Shown: in pieces, positions 39,783 through 49,477 of the stretch
Position numbering within the stretch: the stretch's first letter is position 1
Layout: the number at the start of each line of letters is the position of its first letter
NCBI GenBank assembly: GCA_964423885.1
Contig: CAYRGD010000001.1
Span: forward strand, 160,660-224,659
DNA: 64,000 nucleotides
Origin: an uncultured Candidatus Saccharibacteria bacterium
GTDB lineage: Bacteria; Patescibacteriota; UBA1384; JACPKC01
Direction: 5' to 3'
The notes under the pieces: model-generated
Databases searched by the model: none
The model's input: the letters and a program-made list of their open reading frames with translations, nothing else
Told to the model about the DNA's origin: nothing
Position numbers and translations under genes: made by a program

Positions 39783-42464
39783 ATGGATCTCAACCGGTTT
39801 ACCATGAAGACGCAAGAAGCGCTGTTCCAGGCGCAGAACGTGGCATTGGAACGGCAGCAACAGCAAGTGGACGTCGCGCACGTCATGCTGGCGCTCATCG
39901 ACCAGACCGACGGCATCGTCCGGCCGCTGTTGCAAAAAATGAACGTGAGCGAGCAATTGCTCCGTTCGCGGATCAACCAACTCCTCGAACTGCTTCCCCG
40001 CACCTCGTCGCCGGCCGGGCAGTTCGGCCAGGTGTATATCGCGGAATCGCTCCGCCGGGTGCTTGTCCAGGCCGAAAAAGAAGCGGCTGCCCTCAAAGAC
40101 GAATTCATCAGTACCGAGCACATCGTGCTCGCTATCCTTGAGGTGCCGACGCCGGTGCGGCAGGTGTTGAACGCGCTCGGTATCCACCGTGAGGAAACGC
40201 TGAAGGCGTTGGTCGATGTGCGCGGTAACCAACGGGTGACCGACCAGTCGCCCGAAAACAAGTACCAGGTACTTGAAAAGTACACGGTCGACCTGACGGC
40301 CCAGGCCCAAGCCGGCAAGCTCGATCCGGTCGTGGGCCGCGACGAAGAGATCCGCCGGGTCATGCAGGTACTGTCGCGCCGCACCAAGAACAATCCCGTA
40401 CTGATCGGCGAGCCGGGCGTGGGCAAAACGGCTGTGGTCGAAGGCTTGGCGCAGCGGATCGCGGCCGGCGACGTGCCGGAATCGATCGCGAACAAACGCC
40501 TGCTCGCGCTCGACCTGGGGTCGCTGATTGCCGGTACCAAGTTCCGCGGCGAGTTCGAGGACCGTTTGAAGGCGATCCTCAAAGAAACCGACCAGGCCGA
40601 CGGCCAGATCATCCTCTTTATCGACGAGCTGCATACCATTGTCGGTGCCGGCGCGACCGAAGGCGCTATGGACGCCGCGAACCTCTTGAAGCCCGCGCTG
40701 GCCCGCGGCCGGCTGCGCGCGATCGGCGCGACCACGCTCAAGGAATACCAGCAGCACATCGAGAAGGACGCGGCCTTGGAACGCCGCTTCCAGCCGGTGA
40801 CGGTCAAGGAGCCGTCGGTCGAGGACACGATCGCGATCCTGCGCGGCATCAAAGAGAAGTACGAAGTGCACCACGGCGTCAAAATCACCGATTCAGCGAT
40901 CGTGGCGGCGGCTGTGCTGTCACACCGCTACATCTCCGACCGGTTCCTGCCTGACAAGGCGATCGACCTTATCGACGAGGCGACCTCGGCCCTGCGGATG
41001 CAGATCGATTCGATGCCAGAGGAGCTCGACGCCTTGAAGCGCCGGATCATCCAGCTTGAGATCGAACGCGAAGCTTTGAAGCGCGAGACGAGTAAAGAAG
41101 GTAAAGAGCGTTTGAAGGAGTTGCAGGAAGAGCTCGGGACACTCCGCGAAGAGGCCGGCGAAAAGGAATTGCGCTGGAAGAACGAGAAGGAAATCATTAC
41201 CGGCTTGCGCGAGGTGTCGATGAAGCTCGACCAGGCGCGGGTCGATGCCGAGCAGGCCGAACGGAACGGCGAACTCGAGAAAGTGGCGATGATCCGCTAC
41301 CAGCAGATCCCCGAGCTCGAGAAGAACCGCCTGGGATTAAGCAAGAAGCTCGCGGACATCCAGAAGGAACACAAGTTTCTGAAAGAGGAGGTGAGCGAGG
41401 AAGACATCGGCTTGGTGGTGGCGCGGTGGACCGGTATTCCGGTCGTGCGGATGCTCGAGAGCGAGTCGATGAAGCTTGCCCGGCTCGAAGAAGAGCTCAA
41501 GAAGCGCATCATCGGCCAAGACGAAGCGATTTCCGCGGTTTCGAACGCAGTCCGACGCTCGCGGGCCGGCATCGCCGAGGAATCGAAGCCGATCGGCTCG
41601 TTCATTTTCTTGGGACCGACGGGCGTGGGTAAAACCGAACTCGCCCGGGCGCTCGCCTCATTCCTCTTCAACGACGAACGCGCGATGATCCGGGTCGACA
41701 TGAGCGAGTTCATGGAAAAACACGCGGCCAGCAAACTCATTGGCGCACCGCCAGGGTACGTCGGCTACGAAGAGGCCGGGCAGCTCACTGAACAGGTGCG
41801 ACGCAAGCCGTTTTCGGTAATCCTCTTCGACGAGATCGAAAAGGCGCATCCCGACGTGTTCAATTTGTTATTGCAGATCCTCGACGACGGCCGGCTGACC
41901 GATGCCAAGGGACGGGTCGTCAACTTCAAGAACGCGATCATCGTGATGACAAGTAACATCGGCAGCCAGATCATCCAGGACTTCGCCGCCAACAAGCAGA
42001 CCTCGGCGATCGGGTACAAGACCACCGAACGCGAGCAGACTGACGAAGAACTGATGAAAGGGCGGATCACCGAAGAACTCCAGCATTTCTTTAAGCCGGA
42101 GTTCCTGAACCGCATCGACGAAATTATCGTCTTCCATGCCCTGACCGAACAGCAAATCGGCTTCGTCGTCGACGTCCAGCTGCAACGGGTGCTGCAACGG
42201 ATCCAGCAGCAGCGCGGGATTACGCTCGAGATCACCGATGACGTGAAGGCCGAAATCGCGAAGCGGGGCTACGACGCCGCGTACGGCGCCCGGCCGTTGA
42301 AGCGCGTCATCCAGCGCGACTTGCTCGACCCGCTCGCGCTGCTCTTGCTTCAGCACGAGATTCCTGAAGACACGGTGATCCGCGTCGTTCTGAACGATGG
42401 CGCGATCGTGATCGAACCGCCGGCAACAGCCCGCTTGCTTGCGAAGGCCGAGGCTGCGGCATAA
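39783..42464 (+). CDS. clpB: Chaperone ClpB (long M-domain)
   Basis: [14 protein letters not shown], two Walker A motifs, M-domain [27 protein letters not shown]. Confidence 0.95.
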   Translation: MDLNRFTMKTQEALFQAQNVALERQQQQVDVAHVMLALIDQTDGIVRPLLQKMNVSEQLLRSRINQLLELLPRTSSPAGQFGQVYIAESLRRVLVQAEKEAAALKDEFISTEHIVLAILEVPTPVRQVLNALGIHREETLKALVDVRGNQRVTDQSPENKYQVLEKYTVDLTAQAQAGKLDPVVGRDEEIRRVMQVLSRRTKNNPVLIGEPGVGKTAVVEGLAQRIAAGDVPESIANKRLLALDLGSLIAGTKFRGEFEDRLKAILKETDQADGQIILFIDELHTIVGAGATEGAMDAANLLKPALARGRLRAIGATTLKEYQQHIEKDAALERRFQPVTVKEPSVEDTIAILRGIKEKYEVHHGVKITDSAIVAAAVLSHRYISDRFLPDKAIDLIDEATSALRMQIDSMPEELDALKRRIIQLEIEREALKRETSKEGKERLKELQEELGTLREEAGEKELRWKNEKEIITGLREVSMKLDQARVDAEQAERNGELEKVAMIRYQQIPELEKNRLGLSKKLADIQKEHKFLKEEVSEEDIGLVVARWTGIPVVRMLESESMKLARLEEELKKRIIGQDEAISAVSNAVRRSRAGIAEESKPIGSFIFLGPTGVGKTELARALASFLFNDERAMIRVDMSEFMEKHAASKLIGAPPGYVGYEEAGQLTEQVRRKPFSVILFDEIEKAHPDVFNLLLQILDDGRLTDAKGRVVNFKNAIIVMTSNIGSQIIQDFAANKQTSAIGYKTTEREQTDEELMKGRITEELQHFFKPEFLNRIDEIIVFHALTEQQIGFVVDVQLQRVLQRIQQQRGITLEITDDVKAEIAKRGYDAAYGARPLKRVIQRDLLDPLALLLLQHEIPEDTVIRVVLNDGAIVIEPPATARLLAKAEAAA

Positions 42465-42471
42465 GGACCCT

Positions 42472-44859
42472 ATGGCGTACGACCACGCGGACATCGAACG
42501 AAAGTGGCAAGAGTACTGGCGCGAGCACGGTACGTTCGCGGCACCCGACAAGCCCGCCAACAAATACTACGCGCTCGACATGTTCCCCTATCCGTCGGGT
42601 GCCGGGCTGCACGTCGGCCATCCGAAAGGCTACACGGCGACGGACATCGTGAGTCGGATGCGCCGGGCCCAAGGGTACGACGTGCTCCATCCGATGGGAT
42701 GGGACGCGTTCGGCCTGCCGGCGGAGAACTACGCGATCAAGACCGGGACAGCACCGCAGGAAACGACGGCCCGTTCGATCGTGCGGTTCAGGGAGCAGCT
42801 GCAGCGGCTCGGTTTCAGCTATGACTGGAACAAAGAGCTCGCGACCTCGGATCCGTCGTTTTACAAGTGGACGCAGTGGATCTTCTTGCAACTCTTCGAG
42901 CGCGGCCTTGCGTACCAGAAGGAAGCTGCCGTCAACTGGTGCCCGAAGGACCAGACCGTGCTTGCCAACGAACAAGTCGTGGGCGGTTGCTGCGAGCGGT
43001 GCGGTACCGAGGTGGTGCAGCGGCAGCTCAAGCAGTGGTTTTTCAAGATTACCGACTACGCCGACGAGCTGCTTGCGGATCTCGATGCGCTCGACTGGCC
43101 CGAAGCGATCAAGGCGGCGCAGCGCAACTGGATCGGCAAGAGCGAGGGTGCGCGGATCGGGTTCCCGCTCGAGGACCGCAGCGGCAGCCTCGAGGTGTTC
43201 ACGACCAGGCCGGAGACGCTCTACGGCGTGACGTACCTGATTGTGGCGCCCGAACACCCGTTGGTTGCCGAGCGTGTTGCCCGCCCCGACGCTCCTGCCG
43301 GCCTCGCGGAGTATGCCGAACAGGCCCGACGGAAAACCGAACGCGACCGCAAGATGGACAGCGGCGAGAAGACAGGCGTCTTTACCGGGTGCTACGCGAC
43401 CCATCCGCTCACCGGCGAACGATTGCCGGTCTGGACCGCCGACTACGTGCTGGGCAGCTACGGCACCGGTGCGGTGATGGCGGTGCCTGCGCACGATGCC
43501 CGGGATTGGGCGTTCGCCGCTGCGCACGGTTTGCCGGTTCACACCGTAGTGTCCGGCGGTACGGCCGATGCTGTGTACGAGGACGCCGGCACCTTGGTTG
43601 CGTCGGGCGACTGGACCGGCAAGCATAGCGAGGCTGACCGCTCGGCGATCATCATGGCGATCGAAGCGGCCGGCATTGGTACCGTGGCGACGCAGTACCG
43701 GATCCGTGACTGGCTTGTCTCGCGCCAGCGCTACTGGGGTGCGCCGATCCCGATCATCCACTGCGACGCCTGCGGTATCCAACCGGTGCCGTTCGACCAA
43801 CTGCCTGTCCGGCTGCCCGAGGATGTCGATTTCCTGCCCACCGGCGAATCGCCGCTCGCCCGCTCGGCCTCGTTCCACGACGTAGCCTGTCCTCGCTGCG
43901 GCGGTGCGGCCCGGCGGGAATCCGATACCATGGACACGTTCGTCGATTCAAGTTGGTACTTCCTGCGTTATCCTGATCCCCGGAACGATGCCGTCGCGTT
44001 CGTTCCTGGCACCGTCGCTCATTGGCTGCCGGTCGACCTCTACGTGGGCGGGGCCGAGCACGCGGTGTTGCACCTGCTGTACGCACGGTTCGTCACCAAG
44101 GCGCTCGACGACATCGTCGGCGTAGGATTCCGCGAGCCGTTCCGACGCCTCAAGAACGTCGGCCTGATCCTGGGTGAGGATGGCCGCAAAATGAGCAAGT
44201 CGTTGGGCAATGTCATTAATCCCGACGACGTTGTCGACCGGTACGGCGCGGATACCTTGCGGCTCTACGAAATGTTTATGGGGCCGTTCGAGGACTACGC
44301 GCCGTGGAATACCGGTGCCATGGTCGGGATCCGGCGCTGGCTCGACCGTATCTGGCGGCTGCAGGACCGGGTGGTACAGGACGCGCAACAGGAAGCGGTT
44401 GTCCGGCAACGCGCCCAGCTTTCGAAACTGACGCGGCTCGTCACCGACCATATCGACGGGTTCAAGTTCAATACCGCGGTGAGCGCACTTATGATCCAGA
44501 CCAACGCCTTCATGGATGAACCGGCCGTGAGTAATGAGGCGTTCAGCACGTTTACGCAGCTCCTGGCGCCGTTCGCACCCCACCTTGCCGAAGAGCTCTG
44601 GCAGCGGCTTGGCAATGCGGACAGTATCGCGCACGCGCCGTGGCCGGTACCGCAAGCGGAGACAGCCGACGAGCGGTGTACGATCGTCGTCCAAGTGCAA
44701 GGCAAGGTCCGCGGCACGATGACGCTGCGGACCGGTGCGGGTATCGACGAAGCCATTGCCGAAGCCAGGCAGCTTGAGAATGTTGCCCGGCATCTTGGGG
44801 ATTCGCCGTGGAAAACGGTGTTCGTCCCGAACAAACTGGTCAATTTTATTCCGATGTAG
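42472..44859 (+). CDS. leuS: Leucine--tRNA ligase
   Basis: MFPYPSGAGLHVGH, FTTRPET, SRQRYWGAPIP, KMSKS. Confidence 0.97.
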   Translation: MAYDHADIERKWQEYWREHGTFAAPDKPANKYYALDMFPYPSGAGLHVGHPKGYTATDIVSRMRRAQGYDVLHPMGWDAFGLPAENYAIKTGTAPQETTARSIVRFREQLQRLGFSYDWNKELATSDPSFYKWTQWIFLQLFERGLAYQKEAAVNWCPKDQTVLANEQVVGGCCERCGTEVVQRQLKQWFFKITDYADELLADLDALDWPEAIKAAQRNWIGKSEGARIGFPLEDRSGSLEVFTTRPETLYGVTYLIVAPEHPLVAERVARPDAPAGLAEYAEQARRKTERDRKMDSGEKTGVFTGCYATHPLTGERLPVWTADYVLGSYGTGAVMAVPAHDARDWAFAAAHGLPVHTVVSGGTADAVYEDAGTLVASGDWTGKHSEADRSAIIMAIEAAGIGTVATQYRIRDWLVSRQRYWGAPIPIIHCDACGIQPVPFDQLPVRLPEDVDFLPTGESPLARSASFHDVACPRCGGAARRESDTMDTFVDSSWYFLRYPDPRNDAVAFVPGTVAHWLPVDLYVGGAEHAVLHLLYARFVTKALDDIVGVGFREPFRRLKNVGLILGEDGRKMSKSLGNVINPDDVVDRYGADTLRLYEMFMGPFEDYAPWNTGAMVGIRRWLDRIWRLQDRVVQDAQQEAVVRQRAQLSKLTRLVTDHIDGFKFNTAVSALMIQTNAFMDEPAVSNEAFSTFTQLLAPFAPHLAEELWQRLGNADSIAHAPWPVPQAETADERCTIVVQVQGKVRGTMTLRTGAGIDEAIAEARQLENVARHLGDSPWKTVFVPNKLVNFIPM

Positions 44860-44889
44860 TATGCTTATCGCCTTGAAGGAGCTATTCCT

Positions 44890-45060
44890 ATGGCAGAGCC
44901 GAAAAAGAAGTTGTCGAAAACACGAACCCACTCGCGCCGCGCAGGGTTCAAAGCGACGAGCATCAGCTTAGCCGCGTGCTCCCACTGCGGCGCACAGATC
45001 CGGTCGCACCGGGTATGCCCGAACTGCGGCTACTACAAGAACGCCAAGGTTGCCGCCTAA
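44890..45060 (+). CDS. rpmF: 50S ribosomal protein L32
   Basis: Not in the ORF track; MAEPKKKLSKTRTHSRRAGFKATSISLAACSHCGAQIRSHRVCPNCGYYKNAKVAA. Confidence 0.95.
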   Translation: MAEPKKKLSKTRTHSRRAGFKATSISLAACSHCGAQIRSHRVCPNCGYYKNAKVAA

Positions 45061-45066
45061 CCGACT

Positions 45067-45585
45067 ATGGCCAACCGGCATCTTTCGAGAATCATCATCG
45101 TCCAGGCGTTGTACGAATGGGATTTTCGACGGGATACGGACGTGGTCGCAATCGCCGACCGCGGCATTGCCACGTTCGCGCACGATGTCGATGACGCGTT
45201 CGTCCGAGACGCGGTCACGGGCGTAACGTCACGCGTCGCCGAACTCGACGAGCTTATCAGTACCTATGCCCCGGAATGGCCGCTCGAGCAGATCGCGGTC
45301 ATCGACAAGACCTTGCTGCGCGCGTCGGTCTACGAACTGCTTCACGTCGACGGTACGCCGCCCAAGGTCGTGATCAACGAAGCCGTAGAGCTCGCGAAGA
45401 TGTTCGGCGGTGAAAGCTCGGCCAAGTTCGTCAACGGGGTACTGGGCAGCGTCTACCGGACCCATCCCCGGTTCGAGGCCGAACGGGCAGCTGCCGCGGA
45501 AGCCCAAGCCGACGAGTCGTCGCACGATGGTGCCGATGAGGCGGCGACACCGATCACGGAGATCGAGGAATCCGGCGATGCGTGA
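45067..45585 (+). CDS. nusB: Transcription antitermination factor NusB
   Basis: [34 protein letters not shown]. Confidence 0.95.
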   Translation: MANRHLSRIIIVQALYEWDFRRDTDVVAIADRGIATFAHDVDDAFVRDAVTGVTSRVAELDELISTYAPEWPLEQIAVIDKTLLRASVYELLHVDGTPPKVVINEAVELAKMFGGESSAKFVNGVLGSVYRTHPRFEAERAAAAEAQADESSHDGADEAATPITEIEESGDA

Positions 45586-46297
45586 TCGGAACCCTGCCGA
45601 CTTCGCGGAGGCGCTCGGCCTTACCTTTAGTGACGCGTCACTCCTGCAGCAGGTATTCGTCCACCGTTCGTATCTCAACGAACACCGGTCGTTCCCGCTC
45701 GATCACAACGAACGGCTCGAATTCCTTGGTGACGCGGTACTCGAATTGGTCGCCACCGAGTACTTATATAAGCGGTTCAATAATCCCGAAGGCGAACTGA
45801 CGAACTGGCGGAGCGCGCTTGTCCGGGGCGAGATGCTTGCCAAGATCGCGACGGAACTCGGCATGAACGACTATTTGCTCTTAAGTAAAGGCGAGCAGCG
45901 GAGCCAGGGAAAAGCCCGGAACTTGATCCTTGCCAACGCCTTCGAGGCGTTCGTGGGTGCGCTGTACCTCGACCAAGGATATGCTGCCGCACAGGCGTTC
46001 CTTGAAGCGAGGCTGCTATCACGCATCGATGAAGTACTGTCGCAACGTCTGCATATCGACGCGAAGAGCGATTTACAGGAAAAGAGCCAAGAGCAGCTCG
46101 GGGTCACGCCCTCATATACGATCCTCAAGACCACAGGGCCCGACCACGACCGTCATTTTACGGTCGGCGTATACTTGCGCTCTGTCTTGGCTGGTGAGGG
46201 AGAAGGCCAGTCGAAGCAGAAGGCGGAACAAGCGGCAGCGACCGCTGCGCTCGGCAATTGGACCAAGGTAGTCGCGTCAGCAGTCGAGGCCGACTAG
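45578..46297 (+). CDS. rnc: Ribonuclease III
   Basis: [26 protein letters not shown], dsRBD. Confidence 0.96.
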   Translation: MRDRNPADFAEALGLTFSDASLLQQVFVHRSYLNEHRSFPLDHNERLEFLGDAVLELVATEYLYKRFNNPEGELTNWRSALVRGEMLAKIATELGMNDYLLLSKGEQRSQGKARNLILANAFEAFVGALYLDQGYAAAQAFLEARLLSRIDEVLSQRLHIDAKSDLQEKSQEQLGVTPSYTILKTTGPDHDRHFTVGVYLRSVLAGEGEGQSKQKAEQAAATAALGNWTKVVASAVEAD

Positions 46298-47028
46298 GCC
46301 TGTTCGTAGCAGTACGGCTGGACTTTCTTGTAGAGCGCATGGGCGCTCTTCCGTTTGTAGTTGGCCGGTTCAAGGTGCGCCGGCAGCTTCGGATCTTGCG
46401 ATAACAGCTTGGCGTACGAGTAGACCAGTAACTTCGCCCGGAAGCTGTCTTTCTGCTTGCGGCCGAGGAATTCCTCGGCGCTTGCGATGAAAGCGCCGTA
46501 CTGCGTATTGAGCGAGTCCCAATCCCAGGAAAACGCATCGATTACCGCCTGCTCGTCCGTAGCGGTGAGCGTCGGTTCGATGATGGTAATGGAATTACGG
46601 ATAGTGTCGATGTCGAGCAGGTCTTCGAACTCGAACCGGATGTCGCGGGCCGACGCCCAGACGCTGTTTTGGATCCGTCCGAACCCGATATTCGCCAGCC
46701 GGTTCCGTAGCACGTCGCGGAATTTCCGTTGCGATTCCGGTATATTGAAGAACACGAACAGCCAGCGGTGCTCCCACGCGGAGTCGTCGGCCAGTTTCAG
46801 ATGGCGCAGCGTTTTCGTGACGGTCGCCGTCCCCGATTCGGTGATAGCGTAGGTATTGATCCGTCGCAGCCTGTCCCGTTCCATGGCGACCCACCCTTTG
46901 GCGGCGAGCCGGCCAAGCGTCGAGGACAGCGTCTGCCTGGTCCGGTCGGGCAATAAGAACGCGCACTCGTCGAGCGTGCGGGCGGTATGATCGTCCAACA
47001 GGACCATGAGCTCGTCGATGACAGTCAT
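46294..47028 (-). CDS. PaaX-family transcriptional regulator
   Basis: N-terminal wHTH (LSSTLGRL..KGWV), central W..FNIPE..R..LRNRL..GFG..QNSVW, C-terminal LLSQDPKLP. Confidence 0.8.
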   Translation of the reverse strand: MTVIDELMVLLDDHTARTLDECAFLLPDRTRQTLSSTLGRLAAKGWVAMERDRLRRINTYAITESGTATVTKTLRHLKLADDSAWEHRWLFVFFNIPESQRKFRDVLRNRLANIGFGRIQNSVWASARDIRFEFEDLLDIDTIRNSITIIEPTLTATDEQAVIDAFSWDWDSLNTQYGAFIASAEEFLGRKQKDSFRAKLLVYSYAKLLSQDPKLPAHLEPANYKRKSAHALYKKVQPYCYEQA

Positions 47029-47095
47029 AAAAGCATAGTACGAACGTGTACGGTTACACTATACCCGCTCAACGGTCGTGTCAAATATACGCGGA

Positions 47096-48058
47096 TCACT
47101 GCCACTCGAAGGCGCCGAAGGCCCAGAGTAGAAGCTTTCGCGTCTCGGCCGCGCTCGCGTCGGCGGTATCGCTAGTAGTGTCGAGGATAACGCTTACGAG
47201 CTGATGGCCATTGTGTTCGGCGGTTGCTACCAGGCAGTGGCCTGCGTCGTACGTGAAGCCGGTTTTGAGTCCGGTCACCTCCGGCAGGTAGAGCGGATTG
47301 TCGCTGATAATGAGGCGGTTCGATGAGGTAAGCGCATGGTTCACGGATCCGTCGGCGGACTTGATCGTGGTAGCCGGCTGGCTGACGATGTCGCGGATCA
47401 CCTCATCTCGCATCACGTAGGCTGCGAGTACCGCCAGGTCGCGCGCGGTCGAGCGGCCGTCATCATTGAGTCCGGCTGGATCCATGTAATGCGTGTCCGT
47501 CATGCCAAGGTACTGCGCTTGCTCGTTCATTTTTGCGACGAACGTTTCGAGACCCATGTGGTCGGCCAGCGTCATGGCAGCGTCGTTGCCGGATTGGATG
47601 AGGAGCCCTGTGAGCAGCGACCGTACGTCCATCTGTTCGCCGGTTCGCAGCAGGATCTTCGATCCTTCGACCGAGACGGCCGCACTGTCGGCGGCAAGAA
47701 CGTCGTCCAGGCCGTACTCCTTACGTGCGATAACCGCGGTCATGAGCTTCGTGACGGACGCGATCGGGACGGGTTGGTCTGCTTGCTGGGCATAGAGCGG
47801 GTAGGCCGATCCGGCATCAAGCAGGTAAGCGACCTTGGCCCGGATCGGTGGTTCGGTATCGGAGATATGGCGGGGCGGCTGGACGGCAACCGGTATTGCC
47901 GAAGGGTCGAACGCGACGTCACGAGTGCCGAGTACCGCCGGCTTGGCCGACGGTGCCGCAGCGTGGTCGGCACGGAATCGTATGACAGTCGTACAGAGGA
48001 CCGCTATGCCTAGTACCGGCAGACCGACGATAACGAGCGGCACCCTCCTTGATGCCAT
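47096..48058 (-). CDS. D-alanyl-D-alanine carboxypeptidase (peptidase S11)
   Basis: ASVTK (SxxK), SGNDAA (SxN) and KTGFT motifs; N-terminal TM. Confidence 0.93.
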   Translation of the reverse strand: MASRRVPLVIVGLPVLGIAVLCTTVIRFRADHAAAPSAKPAVLGTRDVAFDPSAIPVAVQPPRHISDTEPPIRAKVAYLLDAGSAYPLYAQQADQPVPIASVTKLMTAVIARKEYGLDDVLAADSAAVSVEGSKILLRTGEQMDVRSLLTGLLIQSGNDAAMTLADHMGLETFVAKMNEQAQYLGMTDTHYMDPAGLNDDGRSTARDLAVLAAYVMRDEVIRDIVSQPATTIKSADGSVNHALTSSNRLIISDNPLYLPEVTGLKTGFTYDAGHCLVATAEHNGHQLVSVILDTTSDTADASAAETRKLLLWAFGAFEWQ

Positions 48059-48060
48059 GG

Positions 48061-49458
48061 TCAGTCTTTCTTCCGGTTATCTGCGACCCGAAGGTGCAGT
48101 TCAGTGAGCTGTTTGTCGGTAAGCGGGCTCGGCGCGTCCATAACCGCAGTCCTCCCTCCCGAGGTCATCGGGAATGCGACGACTTCACGCAGGTAGGCCT
48201 CGTCCGCAATGTTCATGATATTCCGCTCGACGCCTAGGGCGATGCCGCCGTGCGGCGGTGCGCCGTAGGAAAAGGCTTTCAGCATGTGGCCGACCGATGC
48301 CTCAATCTCCTCGTCGCTGTACCCCATGATTTTGTATGTGGCCCGGAGTACGTCGGGGTCATGGGCCCGGATGCTGCCGCCTCCGGCCTCGTACCCGTTG
48401 CATACCAAGTCGTACTGGCTCGTGAGGATTTGCTCCACGTTCGTTCCTGCTTTGTGGTCGTCAAGGAACCGGGGCAGCGGCTGCGAGAAGGGGTTGTGCG
48501 TAAAGGTCCACGCGCCGGTATCGGTACGTTCAAAGAAGGGGAAGTCGACTACCCAGGCATAGGCAAGGATTCCGTCCCGCTTGTCTTCGTCGGTCCGGAG
48601 ATCGAACTTGTCAGCCCCGAATTGTTCCATCGCTTGGGCATACGTGAGCCTTGGGAATGGTACCTGCTTGATCCGTTTCCCCATCCCTTCCGCGATCGTG
48701 ATAATCATGGATTCGATCGTTTGTAGGACATCTTCCTGTTTGACGAAGCTCATCTCGATATCGATCTGCGTATGCTCGAATCCGCGGTCGGCTCGCAAGT
48801 CTTCGTCACGGATTGCCCGTGCGATCTGGAAGTACCGGTCGAGTCCCCCGACCATCAACAGCTGTTTGTACTGCTGCGGGCTTTGCGGCAACGCGTAGAA
48901 CTTGCCGGGCTGGAGACGCGACGGCACCACGAAGTCGCGTGAGCCTTCAGCAGTGGATTTCGTGAGTAATGGCGTCTCGATTTCGACGAACTGCTGGTCG
49001 AAAAGGAACTCACGTGCCCGCCGGACGAACTCGCTCCGCGCGACAATGTTCGCCGTCATGCGTTCCGAGCGCAGGTCAAGGTACCGGTATTGCAAGCGGC
49101 GCTCTTCATCGACAGGCGACGTGTCTTGGTCGATCGGGAACGGCGGAGTTTCCGAGCGGCTGATGACGTTGATCGTGTCCGCCTGCAATTCCACGGTACC
49201 GCTCACGATCGTAGGATTAATAAGCCGTTCCGGGCGCTTCGCCACGGTTCCCGTGACGGCGACGACCCATTCGGGCCGGATTTCCTTGAGCTCCGCCGTG
49301 GCGGCTTCGGTCGCCACGACTTGCAGCAGACCCCAACGGTCGCGCAGGTCGAAGAACGTGATCTTGCCGTGGTCACGACGGGAATGGATCCATCCGTACA
49401 CGGTTACGGACTCCCCTGCCTTGGCGGTTACTTCGTGCGTTCGTGTGCGGTCGGTCAT
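48061..49458 (-). CDS. aspS: Aspartate--tRNA ligase, short form lacking the insertion (GAD) domain
   Basis: RRDHG, RYLDLR, ALPQSPQQYKQLLM, RDEDLRADR, GAPPHGGIALG; 465 aa. Confidence 0.95.
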   Translation of the reverse strand: MTDRTRTHEVTAKAGESVTVYGWIHSRRDHGKITFFDLRDRWGLLQVVATEAATAELKEIRPEWVVAVTGTVAKRPERLINPTIVSGTVELQADTINVISRSETPPFPIDQDTSPVDEERRLQYRYLDLRSERMTANIVARSEFVRRAREFLFDQQFVEIETPLLTKSTAEGSRDFVVPSRLQPGKFYALPQSPQQYKQLLMVGGLDRYFQIARAIRDEDLRADRGFEHTQIDIEMSFVKQEDVLQTIESMIITIAEGMGKRIKQVPFPRLTYAQAMEQFGADKFDLRTDEDKRDGILAYAWVVDFPFFERTDTGAWTFTHNPFSQPLPRFLDDHKAGTNVEQILTSQYDLVCNGYEAGGGSIRAHDPDVLRATYKIMGYSDEEIEASVGHMLKAFSYGAPPHGGIALGVERNIMNIADEAYLREVVAFPMTSGGRTAVMDAPSPLTDKQLTELHLRVADNRKKD

Positions 49459-49477
49459 GGTATAGCCTTTCTTTTGG

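Noticed and set aside
37256-40888. 1210-aa ORF as one giant protein
   Set aside because: Its first ~390 aa are the antisense shadow of clpB plus intergenic DNA; promoter and SD signals place the real start near 39679-39706
46600-46800. Cas2-like motif suggesting CRISPR-Cas
   Set aside because: It is the central domain of a PaaX-type protein with a wHTH; I saw no cas genes or repeat-spacer array in the window
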